Source: Cyanobacteriota bacterium (GTDB taxonomy: Bacteria; Cyanobacteriota; Cyanobacteriia; Thermostichales; Thermostichaceae). Taken from it: a DNA stretch of 64,000 bases. Position 1 is the first letter of the stretch. The number at the start of each line of letters is the position of its first letter. Below are positions 11,263-21,419 of this stretch, piece by piece. The DNA is taken from assembly GCA_033764955.1 (NCBI GenBank), contig JANRIL010000032.1, forward strand, positions 26,447-90,446. The letters run 5' to 3'. Under the pieces are notes generated by a model. The model was not told the origin of the DNA and did not search any database. It saw only the letters and a program-made list of their open reading frames with translations. The translations under genes were made by a program, and so were the position numbers.

Positions 11263-11742
11263 ATGAAGTTCCCTTTTTATAGCCAATACAAACAATTCCT
11301 GTTTCAGAAGATGAAGGGATTCACAATGATGGAACTTCTAACCGTTACGATTATTGTGGGAGTGCTAACCGCAGTCGCCATACCCACTTTTATTAATCTC
11401 TCGCGCCGCTCCAAAGTTGCCGAAGTTCAGACTGCACTGACTGCGGTGAGTCGTGGCTCTGAGGTTTATCGCCTACGTTATACCACCTATCCATCAGCTT
11501 ATGCAGATATCGAATGGTCACCTACTAACAAACACTATATGAATGATCCCTGGAGTGCGGCAAATTATAACGAACCAGTGGTTCAAACTTTAACTATTAG
11601 TGGGATCCATTGGAGTTCTGAGGCAATCAACTATGTCAACAGCAATGGGGATCTCTTACGCTGTGATGTGGGATTAGGGGATCAAACTTCGATAGTCGAA
11701 TCATCTATCTATTCTTTCAGGAACTCTTGTAACGTCTACTAA
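11263..11742 (+). CDS. Second type IV pilin (paralog)
   Basis: G|FTMMELLTVTIIVGVLTAVAIP; shares ALTAVSRG and MNDPWSA with pilin 1; AAGGAG RBS precedes the ATG at 11263 (alternative start 11248). Confidence 0.9.
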   Translation: MKFPFYSQYKQFLFQKMKGFTMMELLTVTIIVGVLTAVAIPTFINLSRRSKVAEVQTALTAVSRGSEVYRLRYTTYPSAYADIEWSPTNKHYMNDPWSAANYNEPVVQTLTISGIHWSSEAINYVNSNGDLLRCDVGLGDQTSIVESSIYSFRNSCNVY

Positions 11743-11855
11743 CCTTTGATCGAGAGAATTGTGGAGACATAAAACTCAGACATCTATTTCGACATGAAGA
11801 TAAGTTCAGCCACATCATGTATGATACTTAGTAACGCTGACGATCCTTAAGGAAT

Positions 11856-13157
11856 ATGGCTGTGCCTGATCTTGATTTGATTACTCAAGCTGTTCAGCTT
11901 CAATACGAAGATTTTCCTTACCCTCCAATTCCTATAGACGCTCCCATTAAGGGTTTTTTCCCGATGGATAGCTATATCCTGGGTCAATACGCCCGAACCC
12001 GCCAGTTCCATTCACCTCAAGACAAGCGATTTTTAGTAGCAGGCTGTGGGACAGGTCATGAGTTACATGGCTTAGTCAGCAGTAATCCTGGTTATCAGGA
12101 AGTGATTGGGATTGATATTAGTCGAAAATCAATCGAAATCGCTAACCAAAGAATTGCTTATCATCAACTGTCAAATGCTACTGCCCAACTCGGAGATATT
12201 CTTAATCCAGCAACATGGCCAGCAGGTGATTTTGACATGATTTGCTCTTATGGAGTAATTCACCATACGGCTGATCCTTTGCAATCCATCCGTAATCTAG
12301 CCGCTCGCTTAAAAAAAGGTGGAGTTATGGGGCTGATGCTCTATAACCGATCAGGGCGTTGGCAAGTTTATCGTATTCGACAGGCAATGGCCATCTTAGG
12401 CATTCGAGAACCTGCGACAGAAAACAACCTAAAATTTGTGATGTCTCTACTTAAAGATGCTGGTGAAAGCACTTTTTTGGGAATTCACTATCAAGCCAAT
12501 AAAGAGTATTATGAGAAACCTGAAAATGTAGTTGATAATTTTTTCCATGCCCAAGATATTCCCTTTGACATTGGGGAAATACCTGAATTTTTAGAAAAAG
12601 CTGGCCTAGAGTTTTTAGATGTTGCTCCACAACGGCATTACTGGGATCCAAAACGACTTGTCAGCCCTACCAACAAAGACTTTCATGATAAATTCCAGAC
12701 ATTGTCACGAATAGAACAGCTAACAGTTCAAGAATTATTAGATCCTTTTTACCAAACCCAAAATATCTTTTGGTGCTGTCGCCAAGGAGAAAACCAATAC
12801 TTTTCTGGATTTGATAAAGAATGGTTCAAACAAACACAATGGAGGACAAACCCGATGTTCCTAGCCCATGGTGGCCTAGAGGCTATGGGTGATAGCTTTT
12901 CGTTTGAATCGGTTTATCATGATCCTCATAGGATCCCTAAGTACATCCGAAAAGTTGATATCATTTGGCCTTTATGCCAAACCCCAGAATTTTCAATAGC
13001 TTCAACTCGATATCAGGTGATAGATTTATTATTGCCATTAACAAATCAGCCTAAGCTGGGTGCAGAGCTTCTCCAAGATCTGGATTCTGAACAGCAGGAA
13101 CATCACTTGTCTTTGTTTAAGCAATGGGAAAAAGATAGAATTATTCTGGCTTGCTGA
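11856..13157 (+). CDS. Class I SAM-dependent methyltransferase
   Basis: LVAGCGTG, GIDIS and FDMICSYGVIHH motifs. Confidence 0.88.
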   Translation: MAVPDLDLITQAVQLQYEDFPYPPIPIDAPIKGFFPMDSYILGQYARTRQFHSPQDKRFLVAGCGTGHELHGLVSSNPGYQEVIGIDISRKSIEIANQRIAYHQLSNATAQLGDILNPATWPAGDFDMICSYGVIHHTADPLQSIRNLAARLKKGGVMGLMLYNRSGRWQVYRIRQAMAILGIREPATENNLKFVMSLLKDAGESTFLGIHYQANKEYYEKPENVVDNFFHAQDIPFDIGEIPEFLEKAGLEFLDVAPQRHYWDPKRLVSPTNKDFHDKFQTLSRIEQLTVQELLDPFYQTQNIFWCCRQGENQYFSGFDKEWFKQTQWRTNPMFLAHGGLEAMGDSFSFESVYHDPHRIPKYIRKVDIIWPLCQTPEFSIASTRYQVIDLLLPLTNQPKLGAELLQDLDSEQQEHHLSLFKQWEKDRIILAC

Positions 13158-13249
13158 CATGCTTAGTTTAGCTGTATTAATCAGCATTATTAAATAAACT
13201 AGCTAACAAGTCAGATGAAATCAGAAGACTAGTACAGGAGACTAGTAAC

Positions 13250-14941
13250 ATGCTGCATTTCTTTTGGACAGGCTACTTTTTAGATGAGGCAAGCTATACC
13301 ACCTATGAATCAGCAAATAAAGAGATTGCTAAATGGGCAGAGTATTATTTGGGTCAGCATGTTGCTTTTCATCAATCATTGGTAGGGTCAGGCAAAGTTA
13401 CTGAAAGTCCTCATGACATTTTGATAGGACAACCCACATTTGATCAGCGGCTTGAAGCTGGATTTGGGAGAGGTAAGCTCTTACGAAATTGGGTCAAAGA
13501 TAATGCCCTAAGTCAACAGGATGAATGTCACCCTAATACCTTTATCTTCAACGCTTGGGTTCCCCAGCTACCTCCCGAATGGGCGCGTTGGATGCCCTAT
13601 TATGAAAGTCAATTGCTAGCTGCCCCTAAGATTTTAGGCTTATGTGGAGATATTTGGTATGAGAAGACACTGGAGAAAAATGATGATTCAATCGAAGCAC
13701 AGATCAAAGACAAACTAACTTGTTTCAATATGGGTTTAGCCATTAATAATTTTCGATATACGAAGAAATCATTTAATCCACTTGGGGAACGGCAGCTATT
13801 GCATATCAGCCATCTTGGATCCTATAAAGGGTTTGATATAACTTGCAAAAGCCTATTGGGGTTGGATGTGCTTTTACATGTTGGAAGTCATGCCATTCCA
13901 CAAGAACCTGGATTAATTGAGTATCGATTTCCTGACTTCTCTTACTCATTTAACTATCTCGGTAGTATTGATAATAGTGACCCTGAATTTAACCAGTGGG
14001 TGGCAGAATCTTGTGATTTTTACATTCATACGGCAACTATGGATGCTCAGGCTACGGTTATTCTCGAAAACTGTGCTCGTGGTTTGATCCCCCTTGTTAC
14101 CCCCGAAAGTGGTTTTAGAAGTGATGCTGCTATTTATTTAACCCACGACCCAGAGATAAACCGAAAAATTATTGATGAAGCCCTACATTTACCAGAATCA
14201 GAACTTCAGGCTCGCAGTCAGAAATTACGTGAGCAGATTCAACGAGAGCATAATTGGAAGGATATTTTCGAGAAGATTTGGCATGAGATATCTAGCCATG
14301 TTAAAGTCCATGATCAGCTAGGCTCTATTCCACCCATGTCAAGAGAACCCTCTATCCCTTCAAAGTCACCACTATCAATTGATGAGCGTATTTATCTCAG
14401 TCGAGAACGGCTGACAGAAATTGAGGCTCAGATTCGCCTAGAACGACATGTGGAACGTTATGCTCTACTGCGGCAATTTGCGAAGGGTGTGGTTTGTGAT
14501 GCAGCTTGTGGGTGTGGTTATGGTAGTTACTTAATGAGTAAAAATCCTGATGTTAAGAAAGTGATTGGTCTGGATATGGATGAAGCGGCAATAGCTTTAG
14601 CTAGACAGGATTATGTGACCGAGAAAACCGAATTTTATCAAGCATCACTGGATGAGTGGACTAGTTCTGAATCCATTGATATGTTAGTTACTGTCGAAAC
14701 TATTGAGCATATTAAAGATGCCTCTGTAATACCTAATTTTGTAGAGAGAAATCGGATAAAGCATGTTATTTTAACCTATCCATCCAAAAAAACATCTCAC
14801 TATAATCCTTATCATCACTATGATTTTAGGCTGCAAGATATTTTGGATTTATTCCCTAAGTTTACTTGCTACAAACACTTTAACTGGCAATATGAGTTCG
14901 ATGTAGTTTTCTTGCTCAGGAATCCTGAGGATTTTCTTTGA
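13250..14941 (+). CDS. Glycosyltransferase (GT-B-like) fused to a C-terminal SAM methyltransferase
   Basis: GT-B-like segments YKGFD...DAQATVILENCARG...HNWKDIF; methyltransferase motifs HVERY, DAACGCGYG, ETIEH. Confidence 0.75.
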   Translation: MLHFFWTGYFLDEASYTTYESANKEIAKWAEYYLGQHVAFHQSLVGSGKVTESPHDILIGQPTFDQRLEAGFGRGKLLRNWVKDNALSQQDECHPNTFIFNAWVPQLPPEWARWMPYYESQLLAAPKILGLCGDIWYEKTLEKNDDSIEAQIKDKLTCFNMGLAINNFRYTKKSFNPLGERQLLHISHLGSYKGFDITCKSLLGLDVLLHVGSHAIPQEPGLIEYRFPDFSYSFNYLGSIDNSDPEFNQWVAESCDFYIHTATMDAQATVILENCARGLIPLVTPESGFRSDAAIYLTHDPEINRKIIDEALHLPESELQARSQKLREQIQREHNWKDIFEKIWHEISSHVKVHDQLGSIPPMSREPSIPSKSPLSIDERIYLSRERLTEIEAQIRLERHVERYALLRQFAKGVVCDAACGCGYGSYLMSKNPDVKKVIGLDMDEAAIALARQDYVTEKTEFYQASLDEWTSSESIDMLVTVETIEHIKDASVIPNFVERNRIKHVILTYPSKKTSHYNPYHHYDFRLQDILDLFPKFTCYKHFNWQYEFDVVFLLRNPEDFL

Positions 14942-15196
14942 TATAGCTTACTTAGAGTTAGTGATAACTCAACTGAAGCAAGAAGCTAACTGGCGTAGTC
15001 AGGTTATTCACAAAATTCAGAAAAATCGTCATTTATTATTTAACGACTTAGATTGTGTCAAGGCTTTGGAATCTTTCTACGAAGATATTCATGGTTCATC
15101 TTAACAACAAAATCATGCTCAAGTGTTCAACAAATTTTGATCCATCCTCTTGACCAATTAAAGAGTGGGCTAAACTTTAGCCGAAAAATAGGTCTT

Positions 15197-15670
15197 TTAT
15201 TCTTCATCTTTCTCACTAATCTGTTGCCAGGTCTGCCAGGTTGCTGCGGGTTGAAACCCTCGATAAGCCAAATAGTTCCAAATCTTAACCTTCGTTTTAG
15301 GATCCGCTTGATCTAAGCTTTCTAGGTGGTATTTCCTTAATATTTTCGCCTTTAAGTTCAAAATATTCTGAGAATTTTCTAGGTTTGACTCTAGAATTTG
15401 CTCTTCCCAAATTTGATCGAATAGACTAGCCTGGATCCCCTTACTTAGGCATTTAGTCTTGAGGCGTTGTTTTCCATATTGTCCTCGACTTTGCCGGATG
15501 AGACTGATGATATAACGAGTATCAGGTTCATATCCCTGCTGCTGCAATGCTTCCAATGCTTCTTGGATTTCTGTATCCGTAAAGTTATTTTGTTTAGCTT
15601 TTTGGATGAGTTCCCAGCGGGTGTAATCGCGGCGGCCCAAGCATGTTAGCCAATAATGTAGACAAGTCAT
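15197..15670 (-). CDS. recX: Regulatory protein RecX
   Basis: LGRRDYTRWEL, YGKQRLK..KGI and YLAYRGF motifs; 157 aa. Confidence 0.85.
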   Translation of the reverse strand: MTCLHYWLTCLGRRDYTRWELIQKAKQNNFTDTEIQEALEALQQQGYEPDTRYIISLIRQSRGQYGKQRLKTKCLSKGIQASLFDQIWEEQILESNLENSQNILNLKAKILRKYHLESLDQADPKTKVKIWNYLAYRGFQPAATWQTWQQISEKDEE

Positions 15671-17240
15671 GAGTCCTCTCGATGATCCTTTCCCTCAGTC
15701 TGCCGGACGACCTTTAGCAGCGGCTAGTGATCCGTCTCTGCCTCAAATACCTCAAGAGGCTTCCTCCTCTTGGCGGCTAGTGGGAGATGTCGTAGCCACA
15801 CTGGAAACCCAAGCCACCATCTGGTTAGAGCAGCTTTTGCTAGGGATCCCTTATGATCCGGTGCCAGGGCTGCAAGCGCAACAGGTTTTGGGATGGATCG
15901 AGCAGGTTTTACTGCCCAAACTGCAACAAACCCCCGATGAGATCCATTATCTGCTGCACGGCTTGGCGGGGGGATATGTGCCGAGTGGTGCCGCCGGAGC
16001 ACCGACCCGTGGGCGGGTGGATGTTTTACCAACGGGGCGTAATTTTTATGCCGTGGATATTCGCGGGATCCCGACTGAAACGGCTTGGCAGGTGGGCTAT
16101 CGAGCCGCCAATGCGGTTGTAGAACGCTACGTGCAAGCGGAGGGAGAATATCCACGCCGTTTGGGGTTATCAGTGTGGGGAACCTCGACCATGCGGACAG
16201 GCGGCGATGATTGGGCGGAAGCCCTGGCGCTCTTGGGGGTAAAGCCCGTTTGGGATGGCTCAGCGCGGCGGGTTTTGGATTTTGAGATCTTGTCCCTCGA
16301 TGTCTTGCAGCGGCCACGGGTGGATGTGACATTGCGAATTTCCGGATTCTTTCGGGATGCTTTTCCCAACTTGATTAGTTTGTTTGATCAGGCGGTGAAA
16401 GCTGTGGCCGATCTGCCGGAAAGTGAAGCGGATAATCCCTTGCGGGCAAGCGTTTTGCGAGATCAGGCTTACTGGCAAGTGCAAGGGATCCCGGCGGATC
16501 AAGCGGCAGCCAAAGCCAAGCTCCGCATTTTTGGATGCAAGCCAGGAGCCTACGGGGCTGGATTACAAGGATTGATTGAAGGGCAAAACTGGCTAAGCGA
16601 TCACGACCTGGCGAGAGCCTATCTCAACTGGAGTAGCTACGCTTATACCGGAGAAGCGCAAGGGCAAGCCGCCGCCGCGATGCTGGAGCGACAACTCAGT
16701 CAACTGCAAATTGTCCTCCACAACCAAGACAACCGCGAACATGATCTCCTCGACTCTGACGACTACTATCAGTTTCAGGGAGGGATGACGGCGGCAGTGC
16801 GTAGCTTGAGCGGTCGGGATCCCCAGATCTTTTTTGGGGATCATGCTCAGCCCCAACGCCCGCGTGTCAAGCTACTGCGCGAAGAAATCGACAAGGTTTA
16901 TCGTTCGCGGGTGATCAACCCCCAGTGGATTGCAGGAGTGATGCGGCATGGCTATAAAGGAGCTTTTGAAATGGCCGCCACCGTGGATTATTTGTTTGCC
17001 TATGATGCCACCACCCACTGCGTCGAAGATTTTATGTATGCGGGGGTAACGCAAGCCTATCTGCTGGATCCCCAAGTGCAAGCCTTTATGCAGCAACACA
17101 ATCCCTGGGCAGTACGGGATATCAGCGAGCGCCTTTTGGAAGCCCATCAGCGCGGGCTTTGGCAACACCCTGAACCTGCCCTTCTCGATCAACTACAAAC
17201 CATTTTGCTGGAGGCAGAGCTAGCGGTAGAACAGCATTAA
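15669..17240 (+). CDS. cobN: Cobaltochelatase CobN, C-terminal part only (split gene or fragment)
   Basis: GAPTRGRVDVLPTGRNFY, WGTSTMRTGGDD, RISGFFRDAFP, HNQDNREHDLLDSDDYYQF; only 523 aa, with an in-frame TAA at 15654. Confidence 0.85.
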   Translation: MSPLDDPFPQSAGRPLAAASDPSLPQIPQEASSSWRLVGDVVATLETQATIWLEQLLLGIPYDPVPGLQAQQVLGWIEQVLLPKLQQTPDEIHYLLHGLAGGYVPSGAAGAPTRGRVDVLPTGRNFYAVDIRGIPTETAWQVGYRAANAVVERYVQAEGEYPRRLGLSVWGTSTMRTGGDDWAEALALLGVKPVWDGSARRVLDFEILSLDVLQRPRVDVTLRISGFFRDAFPNLISLFDQAVKAVADLPESEADNPLRASVLRDQAYWQVQGIPADQAAAKAKLRIFGCKPGAYGAGLQGLIEGQNWLSDHDLARAYLNWSSYAYTGEAQGQAAAAMLERQLSQLQIVLHNQDNREHDLLDSDDYYQFQGGMTAAVRSLSGRDPQIFFGDHAQPQRPRVKLLREEIDKVYRSRVINPQWIAGVMRHGYKGAFEMAATVDYLFAYDATTHCVEDFMYAGVTQAYLLDPQVQAFMQQHNPWAVRDISERLLEAHQRGLWQHPEPALLDQLQTILLEAELAVEQH

Positions 17241-17584
17241 TCGCTTGTGGATTCTGGGTGAGGAGGCTGGATGGGATTGGCTGAGTTGCCGAGTTCCTCA
17301 GGTTCTCCCCTGCCCAAACCTTGCCAGTAGCGGAGCAGTTGTTGGCGGATTTGTGGAACGCCGGCTCTGGGGGCAAAGCGGGGCAGGGATCCCTCCCGTC
17401 CATGCTCATCTACCCACATCAAAACAGGAATCTCTAGCTGAAAGCGCTGCCACCACTCCGGTTGCTGAGTAATATCGCGCACCTGCAAACTCGTGACCTC
17501 AGGGATCCGTGACAATTTTTCCCACAGCCCCTCACAGAGATGACAGCCTGGCTTGCTGTAGAGAATCAGAGGAGGCCAGCTCAT
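17237..17584 (-). CDS. Glutaredoxin-like protein (DUF836 type)
   Basis: LYSKPGCHLCE CxxC motif; EIPVL. Confidence 0.85.
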   Translation of the reverse strand: MSWPPLILYSKPGCHLCEGLWEKLSRIPEVTSLQVRDITQQPEWWQRFQLEIPVLMWVDEHGREGSLPRFAPRAGVPQIRQQLLRYWQGLGRGEPEELGNSANPIQPPHPESTSD

Positions 17585-18411
17585 ACGGCGGTGAGACGGC
17601 GATGTTCAAGAGAGGGCATCTGTCGCCGTACCTGACGCAACCGCTCTGGGTTAATTTCGGCAATCGCTACCCCCGGTTTGTCTCCTCCATCCGCCAGGAT
17701 CACACCCCAGGGATCGACGATCATGGCGTGTCCGTGGCACTGCCGCCGTTCATAATGGGTGCCCACCTGAGCCGGAGCAATTACATAGGCGGTGTTTTCG
17801 ATAGCTCGACACTGAATCAAAATCTGCCAGTGATCCCGTCCGGTATAGGCTGTAAATGCCGCCGGAATCAGCAAAACTTCTGCCCCTTGCGCCACCAAGC
17901 CACGATACAGTTCGGGGAAGCGAACATCATAACAAACCGATAAACCGAGGATCCCTAAGTGAGGGGTTTTGGCAATCTGCAATTGCTGTCCGTGGGCCAC
18001 CGTATTGGACTCACGGTAGGTGTTGCCATCCGGCAAATTCACATCAAACAGATGAATCTTTTGATAGCGGGCTAGCTCCTCACCGTTAGGGCCAACCAAC
18101 GTCGCGGTATTAAAAACTCGCCCCTGATGATCGGGAACCGGATAACCCCCACCCAAGATCGTCACCTGAAACCGTTGCGCCATCTTCCGCAAAAACTGTT
18201 CGGTGGTTTTGGCGATCTCCTCGGCGAGGCGGGTTTTGTCTTCTTCCAAACCCATAAAGGCAAAATTTTCTGGCAAGCTGATCAACTCACAGCCTTGCTG
18301 CACAGAAAATTCAATCCACTCTTCCGCCTGAGCTAAGTTGGCTGCTAAATCTGGGACACTGGTCATTTGAACAGCAGATGCCAAGTATGGGCGCATCATG
18401 ACAGTCTCCAA
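17581..18411 (-). CDS. Carbon-nitrogen hydrolase (Nit1/deaminated glutathione amidase-like)
   Basis: LPENF, YQKIHLFD, SVCYDVRFPE (E-K-C triad), RAIEN. Confidence 0.92.
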   Translation of the reverse strand: METVMMRPYLASAVQMTSVPDLAANLAQAEEWIEFSVQQGCELISLPENFAFMGLEEDKTRLAEEIAKTTEQFLRKMAQRFQVTILGGGYPVPDHQGRVFNTATLVGPNGEELARYQKIHLFDVNLPDGNTYRESNTVAHGQQLQIAKTPHLGILGLSVCYDVRFPELYRGLVAQGAEVLLIPAAFTAYTGRDHWQILIQCRAIENTAYVIAPAQVGTHYERRQCHGHAMIVDPWGVILADGGDKPGVAIAEINPERLRQVRRQMPSLEHRRLTAV

Positions 18412-18415
18412 TCGC

Positions 18416-18652
18416 TCATTCGAGAGGCGTAAGGTGCCACCAGCCGAAGGCAGGGCCTACAAATCGTATCACAACCCAGTAGACCATCAATAGAATGATG
18501 CCAGCCCAGGCTCCTTGGGTACTCCACTGATAAAACTGGCGGGCTTGGCCTTTTGTAATCGGGATATCTTTGAGGCGCGGAAACAACAACTCCTGATCGG
18601 GATCCCCATATTTACTGCCCAATTCTTCTTTACGTCGTTTGGCATCACCCAT
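18416..18652 (-). CDS. Small cyanobacterial membrane protein (DUF2839-like)
   Basis: MGDAKRRK N-terminus; GAWAGI...RFVGPAFGWW. Confidence 0.8.
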   Translation of the reverse strand: MGDAKRRKEELGSKYGDPDQELLFPRLKDIPITKGQARQFYQWSTQGAWAGIILLMVYWVVIRFVGPAFGWWHLTPLE

Positions 18653-18869
18653 ACATTTCGACTCCTAAGCGGATGGCTTATCCTGCTTTTTAGCATTTTC
18701 CCTGTCTTTTTATGGACTGGATTGAATGACCCTGAAAATGTAAAGGATCTTTAGAAGAAATCAGCCAACCCTATCCAGTTAGCCCATCAGGTCAGGAGTG
18801 AAACACAGGCTAGTCCCACTACTTGTTATTTGAGTCACAATGAGGGCTGTTGAGGTCAAGTAACAGGCT

Positions 18870-19535
18870 ATGACCAAGGAACCGCTCACGGGATCCACTC
18901 CCGTCAGACATCGCTCGATCTTCCCCACTGCCTGGGCGCTACTCCTGCTGCTAGTTAGCTTAAGCTGGCTGAGTATGGGATCCCTAGCCTGGGCAGAGAG
19001 CCAATGGAAGGTAGCTGGAGAACCCATCCTGACCCTGCGTGTCCCCAGCGGTGGAACCAAGATGCGTCTGGCTCAGTTAGAGGCAACCTTTCAAGGCATT
19101 GTGGATAGAGTGATTGAGCCACCCCTACAAGTCAGCGTGGAGGGAGATGAAAAACAGGCTCAAATTAGCCTGAATGGTCAACTGTTGCTAACGGTCACCC
19201 CAGAGGATGCAGCGGCCAACGCCACCACCCAAGCCGTCGCGCTAGCCGAACTGTGGGGCAATCGCCTGCAATCGGTGCTCAATCAACAGCAGGTTCAGCG
19301 ACAGCTCTTCTCAACGGGTGGCCTGCCCAGTCAGTTTCAGTGGGGGAATCGTTATTATCAACAACAACAAGTCAGTCCCGATGTAGGCAAATTTGTTACC
19401 GATGGGACACGGGTTTTGAACCGAGTTCTGTTTTGGGAAGGGCAGGGAGAAGGAGAACCCATGCCGGCTCCGGCTCCGAAAACCCTCTATCTGCTCAATC
19501 GTTATCGTCAGTTTGTGGCCTATACGGCTCCCTAA
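18870..19535 (+). CDS. Hypothetical exported protein
   Basis: Signal-peptide-like N-terminus; LLTVTPEDAAAN...LAELW segment. Confidence 0.65.
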   Translation: MTKEPLTGSTPVRHRSIFPTAWALLLLLVSLSWLSMGSLAWAESQWKVAGEPILTLRVPSGGTKMRLAQLEATFQGIVDRVIEPPLQVSVEGDEKQAQISLNGQLLLTVTPEDAAANATTQAVALAELWGNRLQSVLNQQQVQRQLFSTGGLPSQFQWGNRYYQQQQVSPDVGKFVTDGTRVLNRVLFWEGQGEGEPMPAPAPKTLYLLNRYRQFVAYTAP

Positions 19536-19586
19536 CCATCCTCAGGCCAGTAGGGATCCCAGTTTTGATGAGTCTTGATAGCAGAC

Positions 19587-19619
19587 AAAAAAGCAGACCC
19601 ATCATTTAGGATCTGCTTT
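19587..19619 (-). terminator. Intrinsic terminator after the LivK-like gene
   Basis: AAAGCAGA...TCTGCTTT inverted repeat with a T-run on the minus strand. Confidence 0.55.
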
Positions 19620-19664
19620 ATGGAATTCATGATCGATTCCTCTTACCTATTGACTAACTCCGGT

Positions 19665-20885
19665 TTACTTGAGTCCGCTGACAAACTCAAACTTGCCATT
19701 TTTAACTTCAAAACCAGAGTAGGTGGTGATGGAGGTATCGCCATTTTCATCAAAACTGAAGGAGCCTAGCACGCTGTCAAAGTCTTGGGTAGCCATTACC
19801 GCATCCCGCACGGCTGCGCGGTTATTTTCGCAAACCTGGTCGAGGGCTGCCACAACGACTTGAGCGGCAGCAGCACCATAAATGGCGTAAGGTTCCGGCT
19901 CAGAGTTGTATTTAGCTTTGTAGTTGTCGTACCAAGTTTTGGCGGCTCCTGTGAATTCGCTAAAGGGCAATCCACCAAAGGTGGCGTAAACCCCCTCTCC
20001 ATCTTTGCCACTGGCTTCGATGAAGGCTTGCTCTTGGATCCCATCCGGCCCCATAAATTTGGTTTCGGCCATGCCCACGTTCCGCATATCCCGCACCAAC
20101 TGACCCGCATTGTTTTGGGTGATGCCGCCGTAGTAGATCAGGTCTGGGTTGAGACTTTTGATCTTGGTCATGAGGGCTTTGTAGTCAGCGGCTTTGCCAT
20201 CAATCCCTTCTCGTCCTGCCACAGTCATGCCTAATTCTTTGGATGTCGCCTCAAACACGTCGGCGATCCCTTTGCCGTAGAGTTCTTGGTCATCCAGAAT
20301 ATAGACCGTTTTGGCTCCCAAGGACTGTGCCCAGCGAGCGGCCACTGCCCCCTGAATATCATCCGCCGGGATCACACGGGCATAGTTCCGTTCTCCGTTG
20401 GGATAGTATTTGTCCGGTTCCCCGGCTTCCCCTTTGCCTGGCTTGGTGAGTCCAGGGTAGGTGTTAGCGGGGCTGACCATGACCAAGTTGCTTTCGTTGA
20501 GGATGGGGATCGAGAGTTGCGCCGCTCCTGAGTTGAAATGGCCAATCACCGCCACAATATCTTCGTCGGCAACAATTTTGTTGGCGTTGTCGGTGACTTG
20601 ACCCGGATCCCACTTGCCAGCGGCGGCGGTGGCATCATCGTATTGCTCAAATTCAATTTTTAACTTGCCATCACAAACGGCATAGTCTGTCTCTTCAAAA
20701 ACCTGTTCGATAGCATTGACAATCGTCTGCGTCTGACCGAGGGAGCTACCCGTCATGGGGAGCGCCGAAACCACTTTGACGGTGGCTTCTGATTGAGAGC
20801 GGGCTGTTTCCATCCAACCCATGCCAGAAACAGCCGCTACGGCGAGCACCAGCAGGCTGCGATTCACAAGCTTTTGCATGGTCAT
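19665..20885 (-). CDS. Branched-chain amino acid ABC transporter substrate-binding protein (LivK/LivJ-like)
   Basis: Signal peptide; VIGHFNSG, SPANTYPGLT, DDQELYGKGIAD, FDENGD. Confidence 0.9.
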   Translation of the reverse strand: MTMQKLVNRSLLVLAVAAVSGMGWMETARSQSEATVKVVSALPMTGSSLGQTQTIVNAIEQVFEETDYAVCDGKLKIEFEQYDDATAAAGKWDPGQVTDNANKIVADEDIVAVIGHFNSGAAQLSIPILNESNLVMVSPANTYPGLTKPGKGEAGEPDKYYPNGERNYARVIPADDIQGAVAARWAQSLGAKTVYILDDQELYGKGIADVFEATSKELGMTVAGREGIDGKAADYKALMTKIKSLNPDLIYYGGITQNNAGQLVRDMRNVGMAETKFMGPDGIQEQAFIEASGKDGEGVYATFGGLPFSEFTGAAKTWYDNYKAKYNSEPEPYAIYGAAAAQVVVAALDQVCENNRAAVRDAVMATQDFDSVLGSFSFDENGDTSITTYSGFEVKNGKFEFVSGLK

Positions 20886-21419
20886 AATAAAGTCATTTCC
20901 TCTTCATAAAATCGGGTAAAGTCTTGATCTAACAAAACATGATCATACACAGGGATCCCTGATGCTTACGGACTTATCTGGGGAGAATCATCCGCGTAAC
21001 TGATGGATAATGCCCCTATCCAGATAGACATAAATAACCCCAAGCAACTGCTCATGAAGAACAAGCTTAAGGATCCTGTGTAAAAAGCAGTTTGTCAGTC
21101 AAGAGGGTACTGGTAGCTGCTTGACGTTGCCCGTGAGGGATCAGTTCCGGATTTGACTCAGCTTTTGGCTTCGTTCTGTGGGATCCCGCTGTGGGGAGTG
21201 GGATTATTTGCCTTGTCAGCCAATCTCTGATGATCGATGAGACACGGAGTGGAGAGTAAAAGCTTCAGGCAGGGGGAAGGGAGCTAACTCCATTTAGGAA
21301 GTCAGTCACAAAGGATCCCAAATCTTTCGTATCAAACTTTACCTTTTCGGGTAAAAGTTATGGGAACATCAAAACAATTTGGCAGTCAAGATGTCTTAAG
21401 GTTGCAAGGAGGCTTGAGC

